Positions 10,656 through 21,189 of a stretch of DNA of 64,000 nucleotides are shown here, piece by piece; the stretch's first letter is position 1, and every line of letters starts with the position of its first letter. Under the pieces are notes generated by a model that did no database searches, was not told the origin of the DNA, and worked only from the letters and a program-made list of their open reading frames with translations. Position numbers and translations under genes: made by a program. Origin of the DNA: a bacterium. Its GTDB lineage: Bacteria; UBA8248; JACPRG01; G963555815. The stretch is taken from NCBI GenBank assembly GCA_965218795.1, contig OZ244653.1:2176001-2240000 (forward strand), in the 5' to 3' direction.

Positions 10656-11180
10656 ATGGCGGAATTCACCGTAGCCCGGTTCAAGGATGTATCCGAGGGC
10701 GTGCAGGAGGGCCAGTTCGCCGTGGGCGAGAGGAAAAAGGCGAGCGGCCTGGCGGAGCTGGACCCCATCTACAAACAATTGCTGGACATGCCGATCACGG
10801 TCACGCTGGGTTTAACCGGCCCGGACGGGCGGGTGAATCTAACGCCCATGTGGTTTGACTACGAGGGCGATACGATTTTGGTGAACACGGCCTCGCACCG
10901 AGCGAAATGCGGGTGGATAAGAGAAAACCCGCGCCTCACGATCCTGCTCGTGAACCCCGAGAACCCTTACCACTGGATGAGCATCAAGTGCACGGTCACC
11001 AACGAGATACGAGAAGGCGAGCCGGGCGGGGAGAAAGCCGGTGAGCAGCTCGACCGCATCTGGACGAAATACACGGGCCAGGACCCGCCCTACGCGCTCA
11101 GAGACCCCGTGATCGAGGAGAAGCGCGTCCTGTTCGAGTGTCGCGTGGATCGGGTCGCCACGTTCGGAAAACCGTCATAA
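10656..11180 (+). CDS. Pyridoxamine 5'-phosphate oxidase-like (PPOX/FDOR) protein
   Basis: GPDGRVNLTPMWFDYEG..ILVNT...KCGWIRENP. AGGAGG RBS before MAEF. Confidence 0.8.
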   Translation: MAEFTVARFKDVSEGVQEGQFAVGERKKASGLAELDPIYKQLLDMPITVTLGLTGPDGRVNLTPMWFDYEGDTILVNTASHRAKCGWIRENPRLTILLVNPENPYHWMSIKCTVTNEIREGEPGGEKAGEQLDRIWTKYTGQDPPYALRDPVIEEKRVLFECRVDRVATFGKPS

Positions 11181-11240
11181 GGCCCCGCCAAGGCCACCGG
11201 TTCGTCCCGCGCGGCCTCGCTCAGGTCGGTTATGGTTTTG

Positions 11241-11400
11241 CTAGGGCCTGTTAGCACTAATGGTTGAGATCATGTTATCCTTTGCGGTCGCATCCGAGCG
11301 GCCAGGGCGGATGCGTTCAAGGGAACTGTCGTCGAGGTGTTTGTGTTTCATGCCGATGTCGTCTATCCTATCCTCAGAATACGGTTTAGTGGGATCTTGC
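11241..11400 (-). mobile_element. Internally deleted IS5-family remnant
   Basis: Minus-strand MKHKHLDDSSLERI..PGR....AKDN resembles an IS5 transposase N-terminus. IS5-like end ttagtgctaacaggccct. Confidence 0.4.
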
Positions 11401-11466
11401 GGTCAATGTCCGGGGCCGACAATTCAAGCTACCGCGAATACCCAATCTACAGAGGAGGCTGGAGCA

Positions 11467-13236
11467 ATGTCATCACGCCGAGCCCTGGTCGATGTTGCCC
11501 TTGGCAATGAACCGGCGGATCTCGCGATAACGAACGGCCGTGTCGTCAATGTACTGACCCGTGAAATCTACGGCGCCGGGGTCGCGATCAAGGGCGACCG
11601 AATCGCGGCGGTCGGCGACATCGACTATGCGATCGGTGAGAACACAGAGGTGGTCGACGCGGAGAATCGCTATGTGACACCCGGCCTGATCGACGCTCAC
11701 CTCCATATGTATCACTCCTACATAGGCGTGAACGAGTTCGTCGAGGGGATGCTGCGCCATGGCGTCACCGCGTACGCAGACGGCTTCTATGGCCAGGGGA
11801 TCGTCGGCGGTAAGGACGCGGTCCGATTTTTCAAGGATGCGTTCGAGGCCACCCCTCTCAGGCTTATATTTTTGGTCCCCACTCTCGCGCACCTGCAGAA
11901 CCGCGAACTCGGCCTCGAGCCCGCGCCGGGCATCAGCGTCGAAGATATGAACGAGATGCTCGACTGGGAGGGCTGTCTGGGCTTGGAGGAGCCGCCGTTC
12001 TTGCCGATCTGCGAGAAGTGGGACGATTATCTGGACCTCTTCGACCGGTGCTTAGAGCAGCGCAAAACGATTACGGGGCATGCCGCCGGTAGTTATTGGC
12101 GCCAGATGCAAGCATATGCCGCGGTCGGCGTCAGTACCGACCACGAGGCCATTGCGGCCAACGAGGCGGTCGACAAGGCCCGGGCCGGCCTACGTGTGCT
12201 CATGCGCCTCGGATCAGGCGCGATTGACGTGCCAGAGCTCGTCAGGGCGTATGTTGAGCATAAAATCGATCCTAGAACGCTTGCCATGTGCGCTGATCTT
12301 GCATCGCCAGAGAAACTGCTGCGCGAGGGCGGGGTCGACGAAAATATCCGATCGGCCATTAAGCATGGGGTGTCGCCCGATGTCGCGCTTCAGATGGCGA
12401 CCATCAATGTTGCCGAGGCCTTCTTTTTGCAGAGGGAAATGGGGGCGGTTGCTCCCGGCCGCTACGCTGACATACTGATCGTTGACGACCTGACCACGTT
12501 TGACATCACCCGCGTATTCGTCGGCGGCGAGACCGTCGTCCAGGACGGCGAGTTCCTCGTAGACCTGACCCCCATCGAGTATCCAGGCAATTTCCGCGGC
12601 ACGATTAAGGTCGAGCGTGAGATCACCGCTGGTGATCTCGAACCACGGACCGACGCCGAGGGCCCGGTGACCGTTCGAGTGATCGGCGTGACGGGCGGCA
12701 GCCTCGTAACCGATGACGGAAGGGCGGTCCTCAACGTCGAAGACGGCGTGATCCAACCGGATCTCGTCAACGACGTCCTGCCGTTGACGATGGCAGATCG
12801 GTTCGGCAAGGGCAAGGGGCGCATCGGTAACGGCTTCGTCCGCGGCTTCGGACTGAAGCGCGGGGCGATTGCGTCGACTGTCAACGCCGTCTGCGAGAAC
12901 CTTGTTGCGGTAGGTACGAGCGCCTCCGATATGGCCTTTGCCATGAACAAGCTCGCCGAGATCGGTGGCGGGAAGATCGTCGTTGCCTATGGTGAGATTC
13001 TTGCGCTGGTGGAGTTGCCCCTTCTCGGGCTTCTTTCCGAAGAACCTACGGAGACGGTCGCGGCAAAGTTCGATAAGGCGTTCGACGCCATACGCGAACT
13101 CGGGTGCGATCTCGCGAGCCCGTTCTCGCAGCTTGAGTTCAGCTTCGCCTGCGGCGAAATCGGCGACCTGCGACTTTCTGACGAAGGGTTGTTGCGGGTT
13201 GACCCACCGGAGATGGTGCCGTTGGTCGTCGCGTGA
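11467..13236 (+). CDS. ade: Adenine deaminase family protein (divergent)
   Basis: PGLIDAHLH, GHA, TDHE, MATIN, APGRYAD and a C-terminal Ade domain (GFVRGFGLKRGAIAST). Confidence 0.8.
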   Translation: MSSRRALVDVALGNEPADLAITNGRVVNVLTREIYGAGVAIKGDRIAAVGDIDYAIGENTEVVDAENRYVTPGLIDAHLHMYHSYIGVNEFVEGMLRHGVTAYADGFYGQGIVGGKDAVRFFKDAFEATPLRLIFLVPTLAHLQNRELGLEPAPGISVEDMNEMLDWEGCLGLEEPPFLPICEKWDDYLDLFDRCLEQRKTITGHAAGSYWRQMQAYAAVGVSTDHEAIAANEAVDKARAGLRVLMRLGSGAIDVPELVRAYVEHKIDPRTLAMCADLASPEKLLREGGVDENIRSAIKHGVSPDVALQMATINVAEAFFLQREMGAVAPGRYADILIVDDLTTFDITRVFVGGETVVQDGEFLVDLTPIEYPGNFRGTIKVEREITAGDLEPRTDAEGPVTVRVIGVTGGSLVTDDGRAVLNVEDGVIQPDLVNDVLPLTMADRFGKGKGRIGNGFVRGFGLKRGAIASTVNAVCENLVAVGTSASDMAFAMNKLAEIGGGKIVVAYGEILALVELPLLGLLSEEPTETVAAKFDKAFDAIRELGCDLASPFSQLEFSFACGEIGDLRLSDEGLLRVDPPEMVPLVVA

Positions 13237-13263
13237 CGCAAGCCGGAAACACGAGGAGAGATC

Positions 13264-14025
13264 ATGAGTAACGGAAAGCTGACGGGCCGAGTCGCAATCG
13301 TGACCGGTGGATCGCGGGGGCTTGGACAGGCGATCGCGTGGGAATTCGCAAACGAGGGTGCTGACGTGGCCGTGGTCGGGCGAGACGAAGGCGCCCTCGG
13401 GGAAACGGTTGCCGGCATCGAGCAGCGTGGCAGAAAGGCCGTCGCTATTGCGGCAGAACTCCGTGACGTCGCCTCGATTCCGGGTGTCTTCGACAAAGCC
13501 GAGAAGGAGCTCGGCGAGTCGACGATCCTTGTCAATAGTGCGGGCGTGCAGGGGGATCGTCCTGCACTCGATGTCACTGAGGAGCAGTATGACGAGGTAG
13601 CCGATACCAACATGAAGGCGCTCTTCTTCTGCTGCCAGGAGGCCGGCAAGCGGTGGATCGATCGCAAGAGTGGAGGGCGCATCATCAACCTCGGTTCTAT
13701 TTTCGCCGTCGTCGGGATGGGGAATTTCTCGGTCTACTGTTCAACAAAAGGCGGCGTGCTGCTGCTGTCCAAATCTCTCGCGATCGAATGGGCGAATCAC
13801 GGAATCAACGTAAACCTGATCGGCCCCTGCGCCACGATGACAGACATGGTCAGACCGCTGTTCGACGACCCCGAATTCAAGGCGGCGTACATGCCGAGAG
13901 TGCCCGCCGGCGCCCTGCCTGATCCCTTGGATATCGGCAGAGCAGCCGTCTTCCTGGCCTCGGACGACGCGCGAATGATTCATGGGCACCATCTACTCGT
14001 CGACTCCGGCTATACGACCAACTAA
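13264..14025 (+). CDS. Short-chain dehydrogenase/reductase
   Basis: TGGSRGLG, NSAG, YCSTK. Confidence 0.92.
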   Translation: MSNGKLTGRVAIVTGGSRGLGQAIAWEFANEGADVAVVGRDEGALGETVAGIEQRGRKAVAIAAELRDVASIPGVFDKAEKELGESTILVNSAGVQGDRPALDVTEEQYDEVADTNMKALFFCCQEAGKRWIDRKSGGRIINLGSIFAVVGMGNFSVYCSTKGGVLLLSKSLAIEWANHGINVNLIGPCATMTDMVRPLFDDPEFKAAYMPRVPAGALPDPLDIGRAAVFLASDDARMIHGHHLLVDSGYTTN

Positions 14026-15145
14026 TCGAGGTTCGGGGGGGCTGACCCTGGTTACTGACCAGAGCGAAACACTAGGCGGTTCTGCCGCAGGCGACCCTTT
14101 CGGGAACGGTCCCCAACAGGAAGCGACCTGGGCCGCCCGCGCTTTGGAACAAACGGGTGGTTTGCTGCGTCTCGAGGTGCAGCTACTGCTCGCCCTCGCC
14201 CTCCTCTACCTCGGGTTTTCGATCGCAGAGCCCGACATCTTTATTTCCAATAGGACGATTGAGAATCTCGCCAGACAGACGGGGGTACTGCTGGTCGTCA
14301 GCGTTGGGCAGATGATGGTGCTTGTCGTGGGCGGTTTCGACATCTCGGTGGGCGCGACAGCGGGATTCGCCTCCACAGCGATGGCGCTGCTCGTTGACGA
14401 TCTGGGGTTGTACGGGGCCGTAATAGCGGCGTTGACGCTCGGAGCAGTTGTTGGAACCGTCAACGGTGTCGTTATCGCGTATCTTGGGGTCAACCCGTTC
14501 GTAGCCACTTTGGCGATGCTGACATTCCTGACCGGGTTGTCAAACGAACTGAGCAGCGGTGCTTCGGTTCCGATTACCGACCGGGGAGTGAGCATGTTCG
14601 GGGCGGACGACTGGGGGCCGCTTCCGGGGACAATAGGCATTGGACTGGTTGTCGTATTCATCGCGTACCTGCTTCTCAACCGCGTCAGGGCGGGTCTCTA
14701 TATCTATGCGATCGGGGGGGGCCGTGAGACGGCGCGTCTGTCAGGGATTTCGGTCGCCCGTTACGAGGTTCTTGCGTATGCGATGTGTGGCCTTTTTGCG
14801 GCGACGGCCGGGGTCATGCTCGCATCCAGGGTCACTCTTGGACAGGCAAGCCTCGGGGCTGGGCTGGAGCTTGAATCGATCGCCGCGGCGGTGATTGGGG
14901 GCGCCGCGATCGGTGGCGGAGTCGGTCGGCTGCTTGGCGCCGCGATGGGGGTGGCGATCCTGACGGTGCTCACCAGCGGCCTCGAGATCGTCGGTGTTTC
15001 GGAGTTCGCGCGCCAGATGGTCACCGGCGTAGTGCTGGTCGTAGCGGTCGCCTTCAACCAACGACGACGGCTAGGCGAATGGGCGATCCTCAGGCAAGCG
15101 AAATCACTGCTTCGCGGCCGGGGCGCAGGGTCCAGCGGCCCTTGA
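13982..15145 (+). CDS. Sugar/nucleoside-type ABC permease (RbsC-like); true start probably near 14048
   Basis: GGFDISVG, NPFVATLA, YAIGG..ETARLSGI, ELESIAAAVIGG. Confidence 0.88.
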   Translation: MGTIYSSTPAIRPTNRGSGGLTLVTDQSETLGGSAAGDPFGNGPQQEATWAARALEQTGGLLRLEVQLLLALALLYLGFSIAEPDIFISNRTIENLARQTGVLLVVSVGQMMVLVVGGFDISVGATAGFASTAMALLVDDLGLYGAVIAALTLGAVVGTVNGVVIAYLGVNPFVATLAMLTFLTGLSNELSSGASVPITDRGVSMFGADDWGPLPGTIGIGLVVVFIAYLLLNRVRAGLYIYAIGGGRETARLSGISVARYEVLAYAMCGLFAATAGVMLASRVTLGQASLGAGLELESIAAAVIGGAAIGGGVGRLLGAAMGVAILTVLTSGLEIVGVSEFARQMVTGVVLVVAVAFNQRRRLGEWAILRQAKSLLRGRGAGSSGP

Positions 15146-15182
15146 TTCGACGTATGGTTTTCACTACCATGAAGACAAGCAA

Positions 15183-16367
15183 ATGCGGCGGTTGAGCATG
15201 TTGAAGGAGAGCAAAATGCGTATGAAACCTGTGAAGGAGAGCAAAATGCGTATGAAATATGTGATTGCCCCCCTGAGTGTCGTCTTTCTTGCGCTTTTAT
15301 TCTGGGGACAGAACGAGGTTAGTGCCCAGACCATCAAGATCAGTCCCGACGATGAAGCCTATGCTAAGTATCAGGTGCTTCCGACGGCGAAGAAGCTGCA
15401 TACGAATCTCCCCTGCACAGTTTCTCCTACCCCGGACGAAGCCGCGGCGTACCGCGTGCCCAAGGCGAAGCGCAAATACACCATCGGCTTTATGGAGCCC
15501 ACGTTGGCGGGGCACTACTACCAGGCAGGTTCGAGCGGCGCGGTTAAGGCTGCTGCCGAAGCGGGCGTGAAGCTTGAGTTCGTTTCTGCGGGTACCGGAT
15601 ACGCGTCGCCCGAGCAGCAGTTCAAACAGGCCGAGCGTCTCCTGCTAAAAGGTGTAGACGCAGTAGCAATCATCCCGACTGATATTCAGGGTGGCGTCGC
15701 AATCACCAATCTTTTCCTCCGCGAGAAGATTCCGGTTGTGATCGTGGCCACTGAGGCTGGCTCGCCAGATGCATACATGGTCATGCAGGACGACTACCAG
15801 ATGGGTCGTGATTCGGCCGACCTGCTGGTGAAAAAGCTCGGCCCAGATGCCGGGCCGGGCATCGTGATCGCTGGTCCAGCCAACGCCACCTGGTCGGCCA
15901 AGCGGGCGGCCGGTTTCGCGGACCGGGTGAAAGAACGGTACCCGGGCGTCAAGATCGTCGTCTCGGCGACGCAGAATGTCGATCCCGCCCAAGGGCTGAA
16001 ATCATTCGAGAACGCGATCCAGGCCAATCCTGATATCAAATGGGTGTATTCGGTCTTTAACCTGCTACTCGATCCCGACTCGATGCCATCGCGGTACCAG
16101 AACGTGGCTTTCATCACGAACGGCCTGGACCCTGCCTCCATTCAGGATTTGACCGAGGGTCAATACACAACGATCATAGGCATCACACCGACTCCGATGG
16201 GGTATCAGGGGGTCGGTCACGCTGTGTCGATCCTGAACGGCGATCAAAACGTGCCCGCCCTGGTGTGTATCCCGCTGACTCAGTACACCGCGGATGACAT
16301 GCCGCCCAACGACACTGCGGTGAAGTTGGAGCTTATCCAGAAAGGGTTTGAGGTCTCGGGTGAGTGA
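15183..16367 (+). CDS. Sugar-type ABC substrate-binding protein (RbsB-like)
   Basis: Signal peptide and periplasmic binding protein type I motifs (GVDAVAI, IPVV, DDYQMG, KRAAGF). Operon context. Confidence 0.85.
   Translation: MRRLSMLKESKMRMKPVKESKMRMKYVIAPLSVVFLALLFWGQNEVSAQTIKISPDDEAYAKYQVLPTAKKLHTNLPCTVSPTPDEAAAYRVPKAKRKYTIGFMEPTLAGHYYQAGSSGAVKAAAEAGVKLEFVSAGTGYASPEQQFKQAERLLLKGVDAVAIIPTDIQGGVAITNLFLREKIPVVIVATEAGSPDAYMVMQDDYQMGRDSADLLVKKLGPDAGPGIVIAGPANATWSAKRAAGFADRVKERYPGVKIVVSATQNVDPAQGLKSFENAIQANPDIKWVYSVFNLLLDPDSMPSRYQNVAFITNGLDPASIQDLTEGQYTTIIGITPTPMGYQGVGHAVSILNGDQNVPALVCIPLTQYTADDMPPNDTAVKLELIQKGFEVSGE
15202..15257 (+). repeat. 26-bp tandem direct repeat containing an RBS and start codon
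   Basis: tgaaggagagcaaaatgcgtatgaaa at 15202 and 15232 (period 30). Confidence 0.9.
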
Positions 16368-16409
16368 CCAAATCCAGCAGCACTTCGCTGCAAGCCTGAT
16401 GGTCTCAGG

Positions 16410-17948
16410 ATGGAATCGCTGACTGTCCCGGCCGCAGAACGCCGTGTTCCTGCCATCGGGATGCAGAATGTCAGCAAAACGTTTCCCGGCATCAAGGCTC
16501 TGGATCGCGTCAGTTTTGAAGTCGACCACGGCGAGATACACGCGTTGGTCGGGGAGAATGGGTCGGGAAAGTCCACGCTTTTGAAGTCGATGGTGGGCGC
16601 TCTCCCGCTGAACTCCGGGTTGATCCACATCAACGGGGATGAGGTTCGGCTGCGCTCACCGCGTGAAGCCAGGAAGCGATACGGTATCAAGATGATGCCG
16701 CAGGACGTCGAGTTGTGCGGGCAACTGACGACCGGCCGCAACATCATGCTGGGCCTAGAGGGAGCACTGGTCGACCGAAATAGACTGTCGCGCCGCGAGC
16801 GAGCAGCAACGACAGAAGTGCTTCGCCTGATCGGTGCTCACGTGGATCCCCGGATCAGAGCGGAGGACTTGAGTACATCGGAGGCCCGATTTATACAGAT
16901 CGCTCATGCGCTCCTGCCCCCGGTGAGCGTGGTCCTTTGCGACGAGCCGACGGCGGTACTCTCCGCGGTGGATGCCGAGGCGCTTCTGGCCACCTTAACC
17001 AGGATTCGGAGCGAGGCTGGTACGGCCATTGTATATGTCAGCCACCGGATCGGTGAGGTCCTCCAGATAGCTGACCGGATCACGATCCTGCGTGACGGCC
17101 GCAGCGTCGGTACTTTTCGACGAGACGAGATCGACCGACAACAAATGATCGAGTTGATGACCAAGTCCGCGCGCGTCGGCAAGCAAGGGGTGTCGGCGAA
17201 AGACGCTGCGCAGAGCGCAGCGAAAGGAAGCAAGCTAGCGGTTAAAGCACTTGGGCTCGGTCGAAGCTTTTCAGACGTCTCGTTCGAAGTAGCGACGGGA
17301 CAAATTGTGGGAATTGCCGGCGCGCAAGGTGCGGGATTTGGTCCGCTGCTCGCCGCAATCGCGGGCCGTATCAAATACGACGTCGGCTCTATCGAACTGG
17401 ACGGGGTCACTATTCCGCCCGGCTCAACCTCGAGAGCGTACAAGCTTGGGATCGCGCTGGTCCCTGCCGATCGACGGCAAGCGGGTATCGCCCCAACCCT
17501 CACGGTTCGGGAGAACATCGCCTTACCCGTTACTGGATCGCTTGGACGATACGGTTTCCGGCTTCGACGGGCCGAGCGAGAGGCGAGCCGAAGGTACGCT
17601 GAGGCATTCGATATCAGGGGAGCCGGGCTTAACACCAAGGCCGGAAACCTGAGCGGCGGCAACCAGCAGAAACTAGCGATTGCTCGAGCCCTTCAGGGGC
17701 CCCCCAAGTTCCTTCTACTCGAAGAGCCCACGCAAGGCATCGATGTTGGCGCCAAGGCCGAGATCCGTCATAGCATCAGCCGACTCGTACGTAACGAAGG
17801 GATGGGCGCGTTGGTTGCAAGCTCCGAGTTCGAAGATCTGATCGGCTTTTCGGATGTCCTCCATGTGATGCGTCTGGGCCAAATCGTCGCGACATTCGAT
17901 GGAAAGACGGTAACCTACTCGGAGCTCCTCCACGCGGCGCTCCCATAG
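16410..17948 (+). CDS. Sugar ABC ATP-binding protein (RbsA-like, two NBDs)
   Basis: GENGSGKST, LSGGNQQK, EPTQGIDVGAK. Confidence 0.92.
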   Translation: MESLTVPAAERRVPAIGMQNVSKTFPGIKALDRVSFEVDHGEIHALVGENGSGKSTLLKSMVGALPLNSGLIHINGDEVRLRSPREARKRYGIKMMPQDVELCGQLTTGRNIMLGLEGALVDRNRLSRRERAATTEVLRLIGAHVDPRIRAEDLSTSEARFIQIAHALLPPVSVVLCDEPTAVLSAVDAEALLATLTRIRSEAGTAIVYVSHRIGEVLQIADRITILRDGRSVGTFRRDEIDRQQMIELMTKSARVGKQGVSAKDAAQSAAKGSKLAVKALGLGRSFSDVSFEVATGQIVGIAGAQGAGFGPLLAAIAGRIKYDVGSIELDGVTIPPGSTSRAYKLGIALVPADRRQAGIAPTLTVRENIALPVTGSLGRYGFRLRRAEREASRRYAEAFDIRGAGLNTKAGNLSGGNQQKLAIARALQGPPKFLLLEEPTQGIDVGAKAEIRHSISRLVRNEGMGALVASSEFEDLIGFSDVLHVMRLGQIVATFDGKTVTYSELLHAALP

Positions 17949-18554
17949 GCGCCGCCGCTGAGGTTGCGGCGAACGGCGCAGAGTGAAACTCCAGTGATAT
18001 TGCAGTAGCACGTATTGTCGGAGTACAGCGGCACTCGCTCAAATACATCCACAAGGGCACTGTCAGACAAACGCGAACGGGTAACACGCGAACATGCTGC
18101 GCTCGCTAAAGGGGGCTCGAATTGATCCAAATCAAATTGATCAGAGGTCCGAGACCGCAATTCGTCATGACTGATTTTGGCTAACAACTGCCGTTAGCGG
18201 ATTCCAAGAAGTACGACCGGTTCACCCCCAACTCCGGACATTGCGGCGTCAAACGTCTGCTTTCGAGGGCAAACCGGTCGTAAATCTCGATAGGTGTCAA
18301 TCGTCTGCATCGACCGCGCGGCCCGTTCCGCCTGGGTCACAGACACGTGCAGAAGCAGCGGGTTGCCATAGTCGGTCACCTTGTCGGTCCCGATCCGCGC
18401 CCATGCGCCGAACAAGCTGTCGCCGCAGCAGAGATGATGGTAGACATAGGCACGTTCATGAATCTCCGGACAAGGAGGTTCGTACCGCTTGATCAGGCCG
18501 GGTTTTCGGGATGACGACATCCGCGAGCGAGAGACCGCCCTCCAACAGATCGCT

Positions 18555-18889
18555 GATTTGCGGGAGGTCACCTCAACATAGACAAGTTCCGCACACTCGG
18601 CAGGAGACACCTGATTCCCACGCATATCGTAGTCTTCGTTCGCTTTCGTCCCAACGTCATTTCGACAGCTCATTTCCCAAACGGATCGGCCCTTTGGCAC
18701 CCAGGCATTGCCCGTATCGCTGAAAACCTCGCCATCGAAACCCGGTTGAGTGACCGAATCCCCGGCTGGAACCGAGATTTGTTTGATCGTTTCCCTTGCG
18801 TAGAGCAACTTTCAAATCAGGCGCGACAACTCTCCACGCACTTCGCTTGTAGCGGCCCAATCGGCTATTTGCTTGGCTGTGATTTTCAT
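18555..18889 (-). pseudogene. N-terminal REase-like domain fragment of a large defence-type protein
   Basis: MKITAKQIADWAA...LSRLI*KLL...PAGDSVTQPGFDG...WVPKGRSVWE...KANEDY. Internal TGA; truncated. Confidence 0.6.
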
Positions 18890-19128
18890 GACTATGAACA
18901 GTGGGACGGGTCACTTGCGCTGATTCGCTTGGCTTCAGTTGCGAACCGAGCAATGTCCCTATGGTCTACATGCTACCGTCCCATCGTCAGTGATCCGCCA
19001 AAAATCTACTAGATATTGTGGTTTTTCTATCCGGAGACCCACACATGATGTGTATGCACCGTGAGAAACCTGATGTCAAACCATATTCGCTTCATTGGAT
19101 TTACCGACCCGGTCCAGGGCTATTGGCC

Positions 19129-19156
19129 TGTCATTCCCGCGTAGGCGGAAATCCAG
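19129..19156. repeat. REP/dRS3-like palindrome
   Basis: tgtcattcccgcgtaggcggaaatccag. A second palindrome-rich patch lies at ~20757-20880. Confidence 0.5.
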
Positions 19157-19401
19157 TCTTCCTCGCCCCACACTCACCCTGTGGGAGGTCTCCCAAGGGG
19201 AGAGGAGGGTTGACACCGATGCCGAGCAGGTCGGGAAACGCGACGCCACAGGCGCCTTTTTCCCCATAGATCGATGCGGGATACCGGACCATGAGCCTGT
19301 TCTCCTTGCAGGATCCAAATACAATTCAAAGAATCAGAGAAGTATGCGCAATATGAAATTTCAACTTGCATATTGTTCGTATTTCTGGTATGTCAACTGC
19401 C

Positions 19402-20575
19402 ATGATCGAGCGCGACATCACTCCCTGCCTGGTCAGGCTCTTCAAGCAATATCCCTATTGTGACCGTGACCGGGCCACGCCAATCCGGCAAGACCACGCT
19501 CTGCCGCGAGACCTTTCCTCATCTGAAATACGCCAATCTGGAAGCACCCGACCAACGGGAATTTGCCGAATCCGACCCTCGGGGCTTTCTCTCTCAGCTC
19601 GATGGTGGCGCCATCCTGGATGAGATCCAGCATGTCCCCGAACTCCTGTCGTATCTCCAGGTCCTCGCCGACGAGAAGGGACAGAACAGCCTCTTTGTCC
19701 TCACAGGTAGCGAGCACTTCAAGCTCTCCGAAGCCATCAGCCAGTCGCTGGCGGGACGGACGGCACTGCTCCGTCTGCTGCCGTTTTCGCTGGCGGAACG
19801 GCAAAGAACGGGCGCAAGCAACGCAGTAGACGATATTCTCTACTCGGGCTTCTATCCGCGGATTCACGATCAGGGGCTCGAGCCGCGGCAAGCACTCGGC
19901 GATTACTTCGAAACCTACGTCGAGCGCGATGTGCGTCGGCTGGGCGAAATTCGCAACCTATCAAGCTTTCAACGTTTCGTCCGCTTATGCGCCGGGCGTG
20001 TCGGGCAACTGGCCAATCTCTCCTCCCAGGGTGCGGACGCCGGCGTCTCCCACACCACAGCGCGACACTGGCTCACGCTGCTGGAAGCGAGCTACATCGT
20101 TTTCCAGCTACCGCCATTTCACGCCAATATTCGAAAGCGCTTGGTCAAATCGCCCAAGCTCTACTTCTACGACGTTGGGCTGGCCTGCTATCTCATTGGC
20201 ATCGAGCGGTCCGAGCAGATTGCCACCCATCCCCTGCGCGGGGCGCTGTTCGAGAATGCAGTTGTGGCGGAGGCGCTCAAATATCGTTTGAATCGGGGGC
20301 GCCCACTCAATCTGTCCTTTTTCCGCGACAGCCGGGGTCTGGAATGCGACCTATTGTTTGAAACCGGCCACGGCATGGGCGCCATTGAGATCAAATCCGG
20401 CGCAACAATTGCCTCGGATTATTTCGATTCGCTCAATCGCGTTGCCAGGTTGGTTCCGGAGATTTCTACGAAAGCCGTCATCTACGGCGGCATACATCGG
20501 CAATCCCGAAGTGTAGACGAGGTTGTACCGTTCGGTGATTTATACGATGTGCTCGAACGCTTCGAAGTCAACTAA
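19402..20575 (+). CDS. AAA_14 + DUF4143 ATPase (frameshift near 19455)
   Basis: MIERDI...YP / VTVTGPRQSGKTT, LDEIQ, LTGS, SLAGR, YVERDV, KSPKLYFYDVG, ECD...AIEIK. Confidence 0.85.
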
Positions 20576-20616
20576 GAGTTAGCAGCCTGTCCTATTTGCT
20601 GGGACCACCTCACACC

Positions 20617-20725
20617 GACCACTGGAACGAAAACGCCAATCCGTTTGTGTGGACGGCTACGGCCGATTCCATCCTCGCTAAGATCAAATGACTTTAGTGA
20701 ATATATCTCTGAGTCATAACACGAG
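20617..20725 (+). mobile_element. IS630-family 3' end remnant
   Basis: HWNENANPFVWTATADSILAKI matches the IS630 transposase C-terminus. Confidence 0.6.
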
Positions 20726-20895
20726 AATCAAGGTGCTCGTTATTGTAGAACTTCAGGCCTGCCTTGTCGGCAGACAGGTACGCGTCCAGGTCCTTCCCCC
20801 GCAGCCCGCCCTATGCCGCCTGGATTCCTGCCTGCAGCCTGCCCTTGAAGGTTCCCCGCCGTAGGATCGCGGGGACAAGCTGAGTCGATGCTCCG

Positions 20896-20981
20896 CAACC
20901 TTCTTCTTTGCCGTTGTCATGGCTCCTCCCTCTCTGTCATCCGGGGGATCTCGTTCCCCCTTTGAAAGATATCATCTGTTC
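20896..20981 (-). repeat. Dispersed ~86-bp repeat, copy 2 (IS481-like left end)
   Basis: Similar to 8520-8605. Encodes MTTAKKKVAEHRLSL, resembling the IS481 start MTTKNKVARRKLSL at 33610. Confidence 0.65.
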
Positions 20982-21189
20982 GGGTACGTGTATCGATCTG
21001 TTTTCATCGACTGTGAAACCCTAATATCATATTGATATTATTGAATTATAGAGATTATTCTTGCCTTGCCCGGAACGGGCCTTGCGTAGTTCGTAATCAA
21101 AATGAAAGCGGATTCGTTAAAACGCCTGCGCATCTCGGCGAGTCCCTGTCGGGTAATCGTTCGGCCGGGCCGTGATGGGGGGTCTGACT

